From: Polyangiales bacterium
GTDB lineage: Bacteria; Myxococcota_A; Polyangia; Polyangiales; Ga0077539
Direction of reading: 5' to 3'
Assembly: GCA_044229975.1 (NCBI GenBank)
Contig: JBGARZ010000006.1
Location: forward strand, 352,001 to 416,000
Length of the DNA: 64,000 nucleotides
Position numbers and translations under genes: made by a program. How positions within the stretch are numbered: the stretch's first letter is position 1; every line of letters begins with the position of its first letter. Of this stretch, positions 26,444 through 36,797 are shown one piece after another. Below the pieces are notes generated by a model, which did not search any database, had not been told where the DNA came from, and saw nothing but the letters and a program-made list of their open reading frames with translations.

Positions 26444-28185
26444 ACCTCCGCCGCGCGCTCCCCATCGCCCTCCTGGCGATGGCGCTTCCCGGCATCGCGT
26501 CGGCGCAGGAGAGCATCCCCACCGAGATCGTCCTCGGCTTCAACCCGGCTGAAAACGCGCAGACCCTCCAGCGCTCGGCCGACGAGCTCGCGCGCGACCT
26601 CTCGCAGCGCATCCACCTGCCGGTGCGCGCCACGGTGACGCTCGACTACACCACGCTGGTCGAGTCGATGCGCTCGGGCCACGTGCACTTCGCGTGGCTC
26701 ACGCCCTCCCCGCTGGTGCTCGCCGAGCGCCTCTTCGGGGTGCGGGTGCTGCTCACCCAGGTGCGCCGCGGACAGCCCACCTACTACTCGGCCGTGGTCG
26801 TCCGCGAGGACTCGCGCTTCCACACCCTCAACGACCTCCAGGGCGGCAGCATCGCGTGGATCGACCCCACCTCCACCAGCGGCTACGTCATCCCGCGCTA
26901 CCTGCTGCTCCAGCGCGGCTTCAACCCGTCGAGCTTCTTCGCGCGGCAGGTGTTCGCGGGTCAGCACGACGCCGCGGTCATCGCGGTGCAGCGCGGCCAG
27001 ATCGACGCTGCCGCCGTGTGGGCCGATCCGCCCGGTGAGCACACCGGCGCGTGGACCCGTTACCTCGCCAACCGCACTGGTCCGCGGTTGCGTCCGTTGA
27101 TGTACTCGCCGCCGGTTCCGAGCGACGCCATCGCGACGACCGAGGTCTTCGCGCGCGAGCACCCGTTGCTGGTTCGATCGGTGTCGTCATCGTTGATGGC
27201 AATCGGTCAATCCGAGGAGGGCCGCGCCATCCTCCGTCGGTTGAACAGCACCGACGGCTTCGTCGCCTCGGACATCAATCAGTACGACCTGGTGCGTCGC
27301 GCCTTCCGCGCGACCCGCGACGAGCAGGCGCAGCGGCGCTCGGGCCGCTTCGACGACCCGCGCTCGATGCAGATCTTCGCCGTGCTCCTGCTCGGCGCCG
27401 CGCTGTTGGGGGCGGGTGTCCTCTCCCGTCGACCGCGGGCGCAGCGCTGGGCGGCCTTTGGCTTGTTCGGGGTGGCGCTGGCGTGGGCGGCGGTGGCGGC
27501 CCGCATCCCGATGGCCGACTTCCTCAAAGGCTGGAGCGACATCGGTCAGTTCTTGCGGGGAATGTTTCCGCCCGACAAGCGTGTGATGGCCGAGGTCGCC
27601 GAAGCGACGGTGCTCACCATCCGCCTCGCCCTGGTCGGAACCGTCACTGGCATTCCCCTCGCTCTGCTCCTGGGGCTGTTGTCCGCGGAAAACGTCACCC
27701 CATCGGGCATCGTCCGCCGGGCGGCTCGCTTCGCGTGCAACCTCAACCGCTCCATCGACCTGCTCATCATCGGGCTCATCCTGGTGAGCGCCTACGGGCC
27801 GGGGGCGTTCCCTGGTGTGGGCGCCCTGGCGATTCACACGGTGGGCTCGCTGGGCAAGCAGTTCTACGAGACGCTGGAGACGATGGACCCTGGTCCCGTC
27901 GAGGCGATGCGCAGCGTCGGGGCGACGCGCCTGCAGGTGCTGCGCTGGGGCATCTGGCCGCAGTTCACGCCGCACTTCGTGTCGCAGGCGTTGTTCCGCT
28001 TCGAGCTCAACGTGCGCGGCGCGGTGGTGCTCGGCCTGGTGGGCGCGCAGGGCATCGGCTTCCTGCTGCAAACGTATATGCGCGGGGCGGAGTACGCGAA
28101 GGTCACCGTGGTGATCGCCGCGGTGGTGACGCTGGTGATGTGCCTTGACGCGGTTTCTTCTCGACTGCGAAAGAACACGGCATAG
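26440..28185 (+). CDS. Fused PhnD-type substrate-binding protein + PhnE-type permease
   Basis: N-terminal signal peptide, YYSAVVV, STSGYVIP and HDAAV; C-terminal ETMDPGPVEAM...RFELNVR...LGLVGAQGIG. Confidence 0.88.
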   Translation: MNLRRALPIALLAMALPGIASAQESIPTEIVLGFNPAENAQTLQRSADELARDLSQRIHLPVRATVTLDYTTLVESMRSGHVHFAWLTPSPLVLAERLFGVRVLLTQVRRGQPTYYSAVVVREDSRFHTLNDLQGGSIAWIDPTSTSGYVIPRYLLLQRGFNPSSFFARQVFAGQHDAAVIAVQRGQIDAAAVWADPPGEHTGAWTRYLANRTGPRLRPLMYSPPVPSDAIATTEVFAREHPLLVRSVSSSLMAIGQSEEGRAILRRLNSTDGFVASDINQYDLVRRAFRATRDEQAQRRSGRFDDPRSMQIFAVLLLGAALLGAGVLSRRPRAQRWAAFGLFGVALAWAAVAARIPMADFLKGWSDIGQFLRGMFPPDKRVMAEVAEATVLTIRLALVGTVTGIPLALLLGLLSAENVTPSGIVRRAARFACNLNRSIDLLIIGLILVSAYGPGAFPGVGALAIHTVGSLGKQFYETLETMDPGPVEAMRSVGATRLQVLRWGIWPQFTPHFVSQALFRFELNVRGAVVLGLVGAQGIGFLLQTYMRGAEYAKVTVVIAAVVTLVMCLDAVSSRLRKNTA

Positions 28186-28192
28186 AAGTCGG

Positions 28193-28879
28193 CTATAAAC
28201 CGGCAATCATGTCGATAATAAAGTCGATTGACTTCTCATTCGACATCAATATCGAATGAGGATTTTCTTTTCGTGGTATCGGGCCGAGCACGAGCTCCCC
28301 AGGCCACAGCGCGCGAAGCTCATCACAATGCGGAAGCGACACCCGATCGGGAGCGGCCACCGCATTGAGAACAACGGCGAGCACGGGAATCTTGCGCGAT
28401 TTCGCCGCTTCGAGCGTGAGGGAGGTGTGGTTGAGCGTCCCGAGCGCATCGCGGGCCACGACGATGAGCGAGGCGCCAATGGCCACGGCCAGGTCGGCGT
28501 AGCTCTTCCCCTCCGCGATCGGAACCAGCAGTCCCCCAGCCCCCTCGACGACTACGAGGTCATGGTCGCGCTGCACGGCGCGGACGTGATCGACGAGTCC
28601 TTCGAAGGAGTGCTTCGATCCTTCGAGGCGCGCGGCGGTCCAGGGTGACGCAGGGGTCTGGTAGCGAACGGGACACACCGTCGCGAGGTCGACATCACCG
28701 GCGGCTGCGCTCAGTGCGATGGCGTCTTCGGGGCGCTGAAGGTCGTCGCACCCGGTCTCCACGGGCTTGAGGGGAAAGGGGTGGACTCCACATTGGAGTA
28801 GTCCGCGAAGGATCGCGCAGGTCACGACGGTCTTACCGACACCAGTGTCTGTGCCGGTGACGAGGATGGTTTGTTTCAT
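28193..28879 (-). CDS. bioD: Dethiobiotin synthase
   Basis: VTGTDTGVGKT, KPVETG, VEGAGG, LGTLNHT. Confidence 0.95.
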   Translation of the reverse strand: MKQTILVTGTDTGVGKTVVTCAILRGLLQCGVHPFPLKPVETGCDDLQRPEDAIALSAAAGDVDLATVCPVRYQTPASPWTAARLEGSKHSFEGLVDHVRAVQRDHDLVVVEGAGGLLVPIAEGKSYADLAVAIGASLIVVARDALGTLNHTSLTLEAAKSRKIPVLAVVLNAVAAPDRVSLPHCDELRALWPGELVLGPIPRKENPHSILMSNEKSIDFIIDMIAGL

Positions 28880-30027
28880 GGGAGCACCTCGGCGAGGGCG
28901 GAGGCAAAGGCGATGAGTTCGTCGGGGTCGTGCGCGGCGCTGACGGTCAATCGCAGCCGAGCCGTCCCCACCGGAACCGTGGGTGGTCGGATGGGATGCA
29001 CGAAGAACCCGCGTTCGAGGAGAGCGCGTCCGACGCGTAGCGCGACGGCGTCATCACCGATGAGCACGGGGAGGATGGGCACTTCGGGGTGGGTCGCGAG
29101 CGTCGCGATGCCGCGATGGGCTAACGCCAGCTGGAGCGTGGTGATGTTGGCGCGCAACCGTCCCAGGAGCGAGGGGTCGTCGACGATGAGTTCGGTGGCA
29201 CGTCGTGCGGCGGCGATGGGAGCGGGCGAGATGCCGGTGGAGAAGATAAAACTGCGGCTGTGGTTCCAGAGCCAGGGACGCAGAGGGGTAGGGCCGGCGA
29301 GCAGGGCGCCGCTAGACCCGAGGGCCTTGCCGAAGCCGACCATCCGGACGTCGGGCTTGTCATCGATGCCATGGCAGGACCCACGGCCTTGCGCGCCGAT
29401 GACGCCGACCGCGTGGGCTTCGTCGACGAAGCGGTGGCAGCCGTACTCCCGCGCCAGTTGGCTGAGGTCGTCCATGGGACTCAGGTCGCCATCCATGCTG
29501 AAGAGAGACTCGGTCACGATCCAGGCGCGTCGCCTCGGGCTTCGGGCCTGGAGAGCGATACGCAGCGCGTCGGGGTCGTTGTGAGCGACGACGTGAACGC
29601 GGGCGCGCGAGAGCCGGATGCCATCGATGAGGCTCGCGTGGTTGAGCGCGTCGGAGAAGACTTCGTCGTCGTTGGAGAGCAGCGCGGCGAGGGCACCGAC
29701 GTTGGCGCTGTACCCGGACGAGCAGAGCAGCGTCGAACCCGCACCGAGGTAGCGGGCGAAGTGCTCTTCGACCTCCTGGTGGACAGTGAGATGCCCGGAC
29801 ACCAGACGAGACGCTCCCGCCCCGCTGCCATGGTCGTTCGTGGCATCGTTGGCGGCGTGAAGGAGCGCAGGATGATGACGCAGCCCGAGGTAGTCGTTTC
29901 CGCAGAGCACGGTCACGTCACGTCCCTCGGAGGTGGCGTGGGTGGCGTCGCGGTACCGCAGGTGGGAGGGGGTTCGCAGCCGGTCGCGTCGCTCAAGCGC
30001 GCGGAGGTCGTCGTCCATCCAGTCCAT
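28876..30027 (-). CDS. bioF: 8-amino-7-oxononanoate synthase
   Basis: [42 protein letters not shown]. Confidence 0.95.
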   Translation of the reverse strand: MDWMDDDLRALERRDRLRTPSHLRYRDATHATSEGRDVTVLCGNDYLGLRHHPALLHAANDATNDHGSGAGASRLVSGHLTVHQEVEEHFARYLGAGSTLLCSSGYSANVGALAALLSNDDEVFSDALNHASLIDGIRLSRARVHVVAHNDPDALRIALQARSPRRRAWIVTESLFSMDGDLSPMDDLSQLAREYGCHRFVDEAHAVGVIGAQGRGSCHGIDDKPDVRMVGFGKALGSSGALLAGPTPLRPWLWNHSRSFIFSTGISPAPIAAARRATELIVDDPSLLGRLRANITTLQLALAHRGIATLATHPEVPILPVLIGDDAVALRVGRALLERGFFVHPIRPPTVPVGTARLRLTVSAAHDPDELIAFASALAEVLP

Positions 30028-30071
30028 GTCGCGACTCGCTCCATAGCCCATTCCTCACGGCGCCCGGCCGG

Positions 30072-30087
30072 TGTTGCACGTGAAACA
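30072..30087. promoter_or_regulatory. parS: parS site (ParB binding)
   Basis: TGTTGCACGTGAAACA matches the consensus TGTTNCACGTGAAACA. Confidence 0.85.
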
Positions 30088-30099
30088 CTCCGCCTCGCC

Positions 30100-31899
30100 A
30101 TGGTCCTGGCCGCGCTAGGTGCCTGCCAGCGAGCGCAGCCCACGCCCGTCCTACCGCCGCCCACGCCCATCGACGTCCCACCGTCTCCGACCGTTCAGCC
30201 CCCCGCACCCCCTCCCGCCCCAACGCCCGCGACCACCACCAACCCATGGTCGCGCGCCTACAACAACGACCCCCTCAGCGCCGACGCACTTCGCGCCCTG
30301 ATGGCCGAGGCCACTCAGCCCGACAGCGAGGCCGCCGCCCTCGCCCTCGGACGGCACATTCCCATCGACACCCTGCAAGCCACTGTCGGAATCCTCCCGC
30401 TCGGCAACCAGGACGCCTTCCTTCGCGGGTTCACTCGCCGCTCCGTCGGCGCGACACCCATTCCCGCACCATGGGGTCTCCGTTGGAATCAGGACCCGCC
30501 CTCAGCAGCGCTCGCAACCCTGCTGGGCGAGAGCACCAGCCGCCTCGACCCGGCCATCGCAGCGCGTCTGCACTCGCTGCTCCTCGATGGCGACCTCGAT
30601 CACCAGGTCGCTGGAGCCCGCGCTCTACGAAACACCAGCGTTCCACTGCCGCCCGTGACGAGTCTCACAGCGATGCACCCGGCCGCCCTCGCGCTAGCGC
30701 TCCACGCCCTTCACCAACGCGGCGACACCACCGTCGGCCACTGGACCGCTCTCATCACGACGCTCAGCGCCCGTGTCGCACCCAACCCCCGCAGTTGGGC
30801 CAATCCGTGGATCACCTTGATGACCGAGGTTCCCGATGGTGACCCCACGGTGCGGGCGGCTCTCCTGGCTGCCGAACCTGTTGTCACCCAGGTGGAGTTT
30901 GCGCCTGCGGGAGCGCTCGCCTGGTACCGCTGTGCCGTCGCCCTCAAGTACGACCTCCTCGACCTGGGCCACCGCACCGAGACCTGCGCGACCGGACCAG
31001 AACAGTGGCGATCGCTCGCAACCCTCGCCGCGCGGGCCCGTCCCCCGATGACCCCGACTCTGGTCGCGCAGACCCTCACCACGCTCATCGCACAAGGTCA
31101 GAGCGACCCTCGCGTGCTCGAACCCATCGCAGACGCCACGCTCGCGCTGCCAGGCTCGTACGCTCGACCACTCCTTCAACGCCTCGCCGATAGCCACGAC
31201 CCGGGGGTGTTGGCGCAACTCCTCGAAGGGCTCGTCACCCACCTCGACCACGCCCGACTGCTCCGCCCGCCCGCCCTCGAGCGACTCCTTCAGGCGCCCT
31301 TTGACCTCCCCGAAGCCTCCGCCTTCGAAGCCCGCCTCCAGGCCATCGCTCTTCGCCGCGCCCTCGGACTTCCCGCACCCGCCACCCCTGGAACCGCACG
31401 CGCCATCCAACTCGCCGTCGCCCCCGACGCCGCTGTCGATCCACTGTCGACCAGCACCACACCCTCTCGCCCCGCCGAGACCTGGGTCATCGAGACCACC
31501 GCAGGAACCATCCGAGTGGCTCTTCGTAGCGACACCGCCCCCGAAGCCGTCGCCCTCCTCCTCGAAACCACTCGCGCCGGAACCTATCGCCAGACCACCT
31601 TCCACCGGGTCGTACCCGGATTCGTCGCGCAGGGCGGTGACCCTCGCGGCGACGGCTACGGCGGCGCCTCTCGCATCGTCCCCACCGAGCTCTCGGGCGG
31701 ACGCTTCGAGCGCGGCGCCGTCGGCATCGCCCTCGCGGGCCTCGACACCGGCGGAACCCAGTTCTTCATCACGCTGACCGACTCACCCCACCTCGATGCG
31801 CGCTACCCCTACGTGGGTCGCGTCGTGTCGGGTATGGACGTCGCCGATCGCCTCCTCATCGGAGACCAGATCATCAACGCCAGCGTCGTTGCCCCATAG
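30100..31899 (+). CDS. Lipoprotein with helical repeats and C-terminal cyclophilin-type peptidyl-prolyl isomerase
   Basis: LGAC lipobox; FHRVVPGFVAQGGDPRGDGYGG, DTGGTQFFI; start uncertain. Confidence 0.85.
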   Translation: MVLAALGACQRAQPTPVLPPPTPIDVPPSPTVQPPAPPPAPTPATTTNPWSRAYNNDPLSADALRALMAEATQPDSEAAALALGRHIPIDTLQATVGILPLGNQDAFLRGFTRRSVGATPIPAPWGLRWNQDPPSAALATLLGESTSRLDPAIAARLHSLLLDGDLDHQVAGARALRNTSVPLPPVTSLTAMHPAALALALHALHQRGDTTVGHWTALITTLSARVAPNPRSWANPWITLMTEVPDGDPTVRAALLAAEPVVTQVEFAPAGALAWYRCAVALKYDLLDLGHRTETCATGPEQWRSLATLAARARPPMTPTLVAQTLTTLIAQGQSDPRVLEPIADATLALPGSYARPLLQRLADSHDPGVLAQLLEGLVTHLDHARLLRPPALERLLQAPFDLPEASAFEARLQAIALRRALGLPAPATPGTARAIQLAVAPDAAVDPLSTSTTPSRPAETWVIETTAGTIRVALRSDTAPEAVALLLETTRAGTYRQTTFHRVVPGFVAQGGDPRGDGYGGASRIVPTELSGGRFERGAVGIALAGLDTGGTQFFITLTDSPHLDARYPYVGRVVSGMDVADRLLIGDQIINASVVAP

Positions 31900-31908
31900 C
31901 GAACGCGG

Positions 31909-32856
31909 TCAAAAGCGCAGGTCGTCTCGCGACGCCGCCGGCTGAACCGACTCAAGCACCTTCATCGCCTCTTCCGTCTCAGGGGTCTCGGGAAGCGCCA
32001 CCACCTCGATGTGAACCATCAGGTCACTCGCCTCACGCCGAGATGTCCCCGGAATGCCCTTACCCCGCAGTCGAAGCTTCGCCCCGTGTGCCGTGTGCGG
32101 AGGAACCCTCAGCGTCACCTCACCGCCCGGAGTCGGGATGGTCACCTTCGTACCGCGCCACGCCTCGACCAACGCCACGGGCAAGCGCACGTGAAGATCA
32201 TCGTCCTCGATCCAGAACCACGGGTGCGCGTCGACCTTCACTTCCAACACCAGGTCACCGGGCTTGCCACCCGGTGCCGGCATTCCCTTGCCCGCGATCC
32301 TCAGCCGAGTGCCAGCCTTGGCCCCGGGCGGGATACGCACCCGAACACTCTCTCCCTGGACCTTGAGCGACAGCTCACCACCACGCACCGCCAACGGCAG
32401 GTCGATGGTGACCTCGCTCTCCAGGTCACGCCCGCGCGGCGGGCCTCGTCGACCCGACGGTCCAAAGGGAGAACCCCGACCGCCACCCGAGAACATCTGT
32501 CCAAAGAGGTCGGACATGTCGGGCCCACCGGCGCCCCCGCCGAAGATGTCCTCAAAGCCACCCGCGCCCGGACCGCCACCACCACCACCCGCCGACTGCC
32601 ATTGGCGATAGGCGTCTGCGTTGAAGCCCTCACGCAATCCCATCTCACCGAAGTCGTCGTAGAGCTTTCGCTTCTTCGGGTCGCTCAACACCTCGTTGGC
32701 GTGATTGACCGCCTTGAACGACTCCTCCGCCTTCTTGTCGCCTGGGTTGCGATCGGGGTGGTACTTCAACGCCAACGCCCGAAACGCCTTCTTGATCGTC
32801 TCGGCGTCCGCCCCCCGGGGGATTCCCAACACTGCATACAGGTCTTGTTCCGCCAT
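31909..32856 (-). CDS. DnaJ-class chaperone without zinc finger (CbpA-like)
   Basis: J domain with HPD, G/F-rich region, DnaJ C-terminal domain; no CxxCxGxG. Confidence 0.92.
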   Translation of the reverse strand: MAEQDLYAVLGIPRGADAETIKKAFRALALKYHPDRNPGDKKAEESFKAVNHANEVLSDPKKRKLYDDFGEMGLREGFNADAYRQWQSAGGGGGGPGAGGFEDIFGGGAGGPDMSDLFGQMFSGGGRGSPFGPSGRRGPPRGRDLESEVTIDLPLAVRGGELSLKVQGESVRVRIPPGAKAGTRLRIAGKGMPAPGGKPGDLVLEVKVDAHPWFWIEDDDLHVRLPVALVEAWRGTKVTIPTPGGEVTLRVPPHTAHGAKLRLRGKGIPGTSRREASDLMVHIEVVALPETPETEEAMKVLESVQPAASRDDLRF

Positions 32857-32979
32857 GTTCGCCGCCCGAAGCTAAGGCGCGACCGTTCACCCGGCAATCA
32901 CGACCCTCCATCCCGGCGCACATTGCGACCCCCGACGAGCGCGTAGTAACTACCGCGACGCCCGCCGCGCAAAACACGC

Positions 32980-33744
32980 ATGAACACCATCGAACTCCAC
33001 AACCTCCCGCTCCGCATCGCCATCACCATGGATGGCAACGGCCGCTGGGCTGAGCTCCGTGGCAAACCCCGCATCGTCGGCCACCGCGCCGGGAGCCACA
33101 CCGTCCGCCGCATCGTCCGCGCCTGTCGCCGACTCGGCGTCCAGGAACTCACCCTCTACGCCTTCTCCGAACAGAACTGGGGTCGTCCCACCGGCGAGGT
33201 CGACGGCCTCATGACCCTCCTCGAAGAGTATCTCCTCGGCGAACGCGACGAGATCCTCCAGAACCGCATCCGCCTCCGAGGCATCGGCAACCTCGACCGC
33301 CTCCCACCCCACGTCCGCGACTCCCTGGAGTTCATCTCCAACGCCTCGCGCGATCACCAGGGAATGACCCTCTCCCTCGCGCTCTCCTATGGTGGCCGCG
33401 AAGAGATCGTCGACGCCGCCCGCTCCCTCGCCCAACAGGTCGCGGCCGGAGCGCTACGCCCCGACGACATCACTGAAGACCGCCTCGCGGCGCTGCTCCC
33501 CTCCATGGCCCACGGTGCGCCCGACCTGATGATTCGGACGGGTGGCGAGCTTCGCGTCTCAAACTTCCTTCTCTGGGGAGCGGCCTACAGCGAGCTCTTC
33601 TTTTCCGATATCCTGTGGCCCGACTTCCAGGTCGATCACCTCTATCAAGCCATCGCGGCGTACCAACGCCGACAGCGACGGTTTGGGCTGGTCTCCACCA
33701 CCAACACCCTCGGGCCATGTCCAACCTTGTTGTCCGGTTCCTGA
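32980..33744 (+). CDS. uppS: Undecaprenyl diphosphate synthase
   Basis: MDGNGRWA, YAFSEQNWGRP, IRTGGELRVSNFLLW. Confidence 0.96.
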   Translation: MNTIELHNLPLRIAITMDGNGRWAELRGKPRIVGHRAGSHTVRRIVRACRRLGVQELTLYAFSEQNWGRPTGEVDGLMTLLEEYLLGERDEILQNRIRLRGIGNLDRLPPHVRDSLEFISNASRDHQGMTLSLALSYGGREEIVDAARSLAQQVAAGALRPDDITEDRLAALLPSMAHGAPDLMIRTGGELRVSNFLLWGAAYSELFFSDILWPDFQVDHLYQAIAAYQRRQRRFGLVSTTNTLGPCPTLLSGS

Positions 33745-34571
33745 CCGCCGTCGTCGGCATCCCCGTCATCCTCGGCATCCTCTACGTCGGCCCTCCCGTC
33801 GGCTGGTTTGGCCTCTGCGCCGTCGCCATGCTCATCGCCGCCTGGGAGTTTCTCGCCATGACCCACCCCGACGACCCGCCCGGTCGCTGGATCGGCATGG
33901 CCCTCACCCTCGCCACCTTCTGCCTCTTCGTCTCCACCCGCTTCGGCGCCATCCACGGAACCACCCTCGGTCTCGGCATGGCCGCCCTCGCTCCCATCAC
34001 CCTCCTCGCGGCCCTCGCCCGCCCAGCCCACATCCCCACGGCTCTTCCGCGCGGTTCTGGTCTCGTGATGGCGCCGCTCTACCTCGGGGTCCCCATGGCG
34101 GCCCTCGCCCTCGTCCACACCTACGGGACACGCTTCCAGGGCGGCAGCCTCTGCCTCCTCGCCATGATGTTCTCGTGGATGAGCGACACCGCCGGGTACT
34201 TCGCGGGCAAAGGCATCGGCGGCCCCAAGCTCTACGCCGCCGTCTCTCCCAACAAGACCTGGAGTGGTGCCATCGGCGGACTCGGTGGCTCCATCCTCGG
34301 GAGCGTCATCGCGCACTTCACCTTCCTGCCCGCCCTCTCGCTCGGACAAGGCATCGCCCTCGCCGCGGTCGCCGGCGCTCTTGGTCAGGTGGGTGATCTG
34401 TGTGAGTCGATCTTGAAGCGCAGCGCCGGGGTGAAGGACTCCGGGGCCCTGCTCCCGGGCCACGGCGGAATCCTCGACCGCATCGATGCGCTGTTGTTCT
34501 GTGGGCTGACGATGTTCGCCGCCCTCCAGTCAGGCTGGTTGGAAGGCTTCGTTCAGCGCGGGCGCTTGTAG
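33717..34571 (+). CDS. cdsA: Phosphatidate cytidylyltransferase
   Basis: SDTAGYFAG, SPNKTW, GDLCESILKR...KDSG..LPGHGGILDRID. Confidence 0.96.
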   Translation: MSNLVVRFLTAVVGIPVILGILYVGPPVGWFGLCAVAMLIAAWEFLAMTHPDDPPGRWIGMALTLATFCLFVSTRFGAIHGTTLGLGMAALAPITLLAALARPAHIPTALPRGSGLVMAPLYLGVPMAALALVHTYGTRFQGGSLCLLAMMFSWMSDTAGYFAGKGIGGPKLYAAVSPNKTWSGAIGGLGGSILGSVIAHFTFLPALSLGQGIALAAVAGALGQVGDLCESILKRSAGVKDSGALLPGHGGILDRIDALLFCGLTMFAALQSGWLEGFVQRGRL

Positions 34572-35665
34572 AAGACCTTCTTCGCGACCACCGCGTTGCC
34601 GATGCGACCGCGCTCCGGGTCGCGCAGCCGCAACGCCGTCCCGACAGCGGTGAGAGCAGTCGGGACGTAGGCGAGACCGATGTTCTTGCCGACCGTGGGG
34701 CCGGGCGAACCGCTGGCCACATAGCCGACCTTCTTGTCGGACTCGTCGATCACTTCCCAGTGATCACGGGCGATGGCCTTGTCGGTCATCTCGAAGCCGA
34801 TGAGCTTGCGAGAGAGACCCGCGGCCTTCGCCGCCACGAGAGCGGCCTTGCCCACGAAGTCGGCCTTGTCGAGCTGAACCACCCACGAGAGGTCGGCCTC
34901 CAGGGGGTTGGTCGTCTCGTCGATGTCATTGCCGTAGAGCGCCATGCCGCACTCCAGGCGAAGCGTGTTGCGCGCGCCGAGACCCGTCGGACGCAGCCCC
35001 GCCTCCTCGCCCGCTCCCAGCAGCGAGCGCCAGAGGCGCGCTGCCTCGTTGGGCGGACAGAAGATCTCCACCCCGTCCTCACCCGTGTACCCGGTGCGAG
35101 ACACCGTGCACGGAACGTTGAACACCGGGACATCGCCGAAGTGGTAGGCGGGCAGCTCGTGGGCGCGACCGTCGCTCACCCCCGCCCGCAGGATCTCCAT
35201 CGCGCGCGGACCCTGGAGCGCGATGAGGGCCGTGTCGTCCGAGATGTCCCGAACGTCGTGCGTCGCCTTCAGCCGCTCGGTGAAGTGACCGACGATCTTC
35301 TCGCGGTTGGACGCATTGCACACGATCAGCACGTTGTCGGCTGACACCCGGTAGATGATGAGGTCGTCGAGGATGGTCCCTTCCTCGTTGCAGCAGACCG
35401 TGTAGCGGGCCTGGGCGTCGAGCATGCCCTGCACCTCGCGGGTGATCAGGCCATCCACCGCGCGAATCGCGTTGGGGCCGGTGATGACCAGCTCGCCCAT
35501 GTGCGACACGTCGAAGAGGCCGGCCGCGCGCCGCACCGTGTGGTGCTCGTCGACCAGCCCCGTGTACTGAACCGGCATCGAATACCCCGTAAACGGGATC
35601 ATCCGGGCCTTCGCCTTGATGTGCTCTTCGTAGATGGGCGTGCGCTTCAACTCGGTGGTTTCCAT
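34553..35665 (-). CDS. gcvT: Glycine cleavage system aminomethyltransferase T
   Basis: KRTP, MPVQY, FDVSHMGE, RTGYTGEDG, GLGARNTLRLE. Confidence 0.96.
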   Translation of the reverse strand: METTELKRTPIYEEHIKAKARMIPFTGYSMPVQYTGLVDEHHTVRRAAGLFDVSHMGELVITGPNAIRAVDGLITREVQGMLDAQARYTVCCNEEGTILDDLIIYRVSADNVLIVCNASNREKIVGHFTERLKATHDVRDISDDTALIALQGPRAMEILRAGVSDGRAHELPAYHFGDVPVFNVPCTVSRTGYTGEDGVEIFCPPNEAARLWRSLLGAGEEAGLRPTGLGARNTLRLECGMALYGNDIDETTNPLEADLSWVVQLDKADFVGKAALVAAKAAGLSRKLIGFEMTDKAIARDHWEVIDESDKKVGYVASGSPGPTVGKNIGLAYVPTALTAVGTALRLRDPERGRIGNAVVAKKVFYKRPR

Positions 35666-35722
35666 GACGGCCGCGGACCGTATCAGACAACCACCGATGG
35701 TTGTATCGTCGGGCGCCCCCAC

Positions 35723-36793
35723 GTGCGCTCGCCCGCCCTCTACCTCGGTGCGCTCCTCGCCCTCGGCTGCTCGTCCGCCGAGATGGCCTCCATTGAGGAC
35801 ATCCATGACAGCGGCGCGCCCACCTTCGACCTCGCCGCTCCTCCCGACCTCGGAGACGACGACACCCCCGCCGTCGACGCCGGAAGCCCGGCCCCGCTCG
35901 ATGTACCCGCCCTCCCCGAAGCGGGAACCGTGCAACGTGGGCCCTTCCCCATCGTCCTTGTCCATGGCTTCGCCGGCTTTCAGAGCGTCGGGCCGCTGAC
36001 CTACTACTTCCGTGTCGCCGAAGACCTGCGCCGTCGCGGTGAGACCGTCTCCGAACCCGAGCTCCCGCCCTTCGCCCCTCCCTCCACCCGCGCGCCCGTG
36101 CTCGCGGCCGCCATCAACCGCGCCCTCGCCGAGAGCGGTCAGCCCAAGGTCGTGCTCATCGCCCACTCCCAGGGGGGACTCGACGCGCGCTACCTCATCT
36201 CCACCCTTGGCTACGCCAACCGCGTCGCCGCCCTCGTCACCGTCTCCACCCCCCACCGCGGAACCCGCCTCGGTGACGCCTTCGCGGGTCTCATCCCCGG
36301 TGTGAGCGACGGACTCCTCGACGCCGTCGCTACCGGCCTGGGCGCCGTCTACAACGGTGCCCCCGGCCGCGCCGCCATCCGCTCGACCCTCGTCGCCCTC
36401 TCCGAGCGCGAAGCCACCCGTTTCAACGAACAAAACCCCGATGACCCGCGCGTCAGGTACTACTCCGTCGCGGGGCGCTCCAACCGACGCGACGGACGCG
36501 CGGTGTGCGGTGACGCCCTGGTCGCCAACGACCCTTCCATGGTCGATATCCCCAATCCGCTCATCGCTGTGCTCATGCCCTTCCTCGAAGGAAACGACCC
36601 GACCAACCTCGTCAACGATGGCCTCGTGACCGTGCGAAGCGCCCGCTGGGGGAGGTTCATCGGGTGCGTTCCTGCGGATCACTTCGATGAGGTCGGGCAG
36701 ATCGCCCACCAGGGAGCCGATCGCTTCTCGGGCTTCGACCACGTCGTGCTCTATCGCGACCTCGTCCGACGCCTCCGCGATGACGGGTTCTGA
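35723..36793 (+). CDS. Lipoprotein triacylglycerol lipase (alpha/beta hydrolase)
   Basis: LALGC lipobox; PIVLVHG, AHSQGG, TPHRGT, NDGLV, DHFDEVGQ. Confidence 0.92.
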   Translation: MRSPALYLGALLALGCSSAEMASIEDIHDSGAPTFDLAAPPDLGDDDTPAVDAGSPAPLDVPALPEAGTVQRGPFPIVLVHGFAGFQSVGPLTYYFRVAEDLRRRGETVSEPELPPFAPPSTRAPVLAAAINRALAESGQPKVVLIAHSQGGLDARYLISTLGYANRVAALVTVSTPHRGTRLGDAFAGLIPGVSDGLLDAVATGLGAVYNGAPGRAAIRSTLVALSEREATRFNEQNPDDPRVRYYSVAGRSNRRDGRAVCGDALVANDPSMVDIPNPLIAVLMPFLEGNDPTNLVNDGLVTVRSARWGRFIGCVPADHFDEVGQIAHQGADRFSGFDHVVLYRDLVRRLRDDGF

Positions 36794-36797
36794 TGCC

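Noticed and set aside
28872..28887. Second parS (tgtttcatgggagcac); also a half-site near 24464
   Set aside because: Too many mismatches; only one half matches
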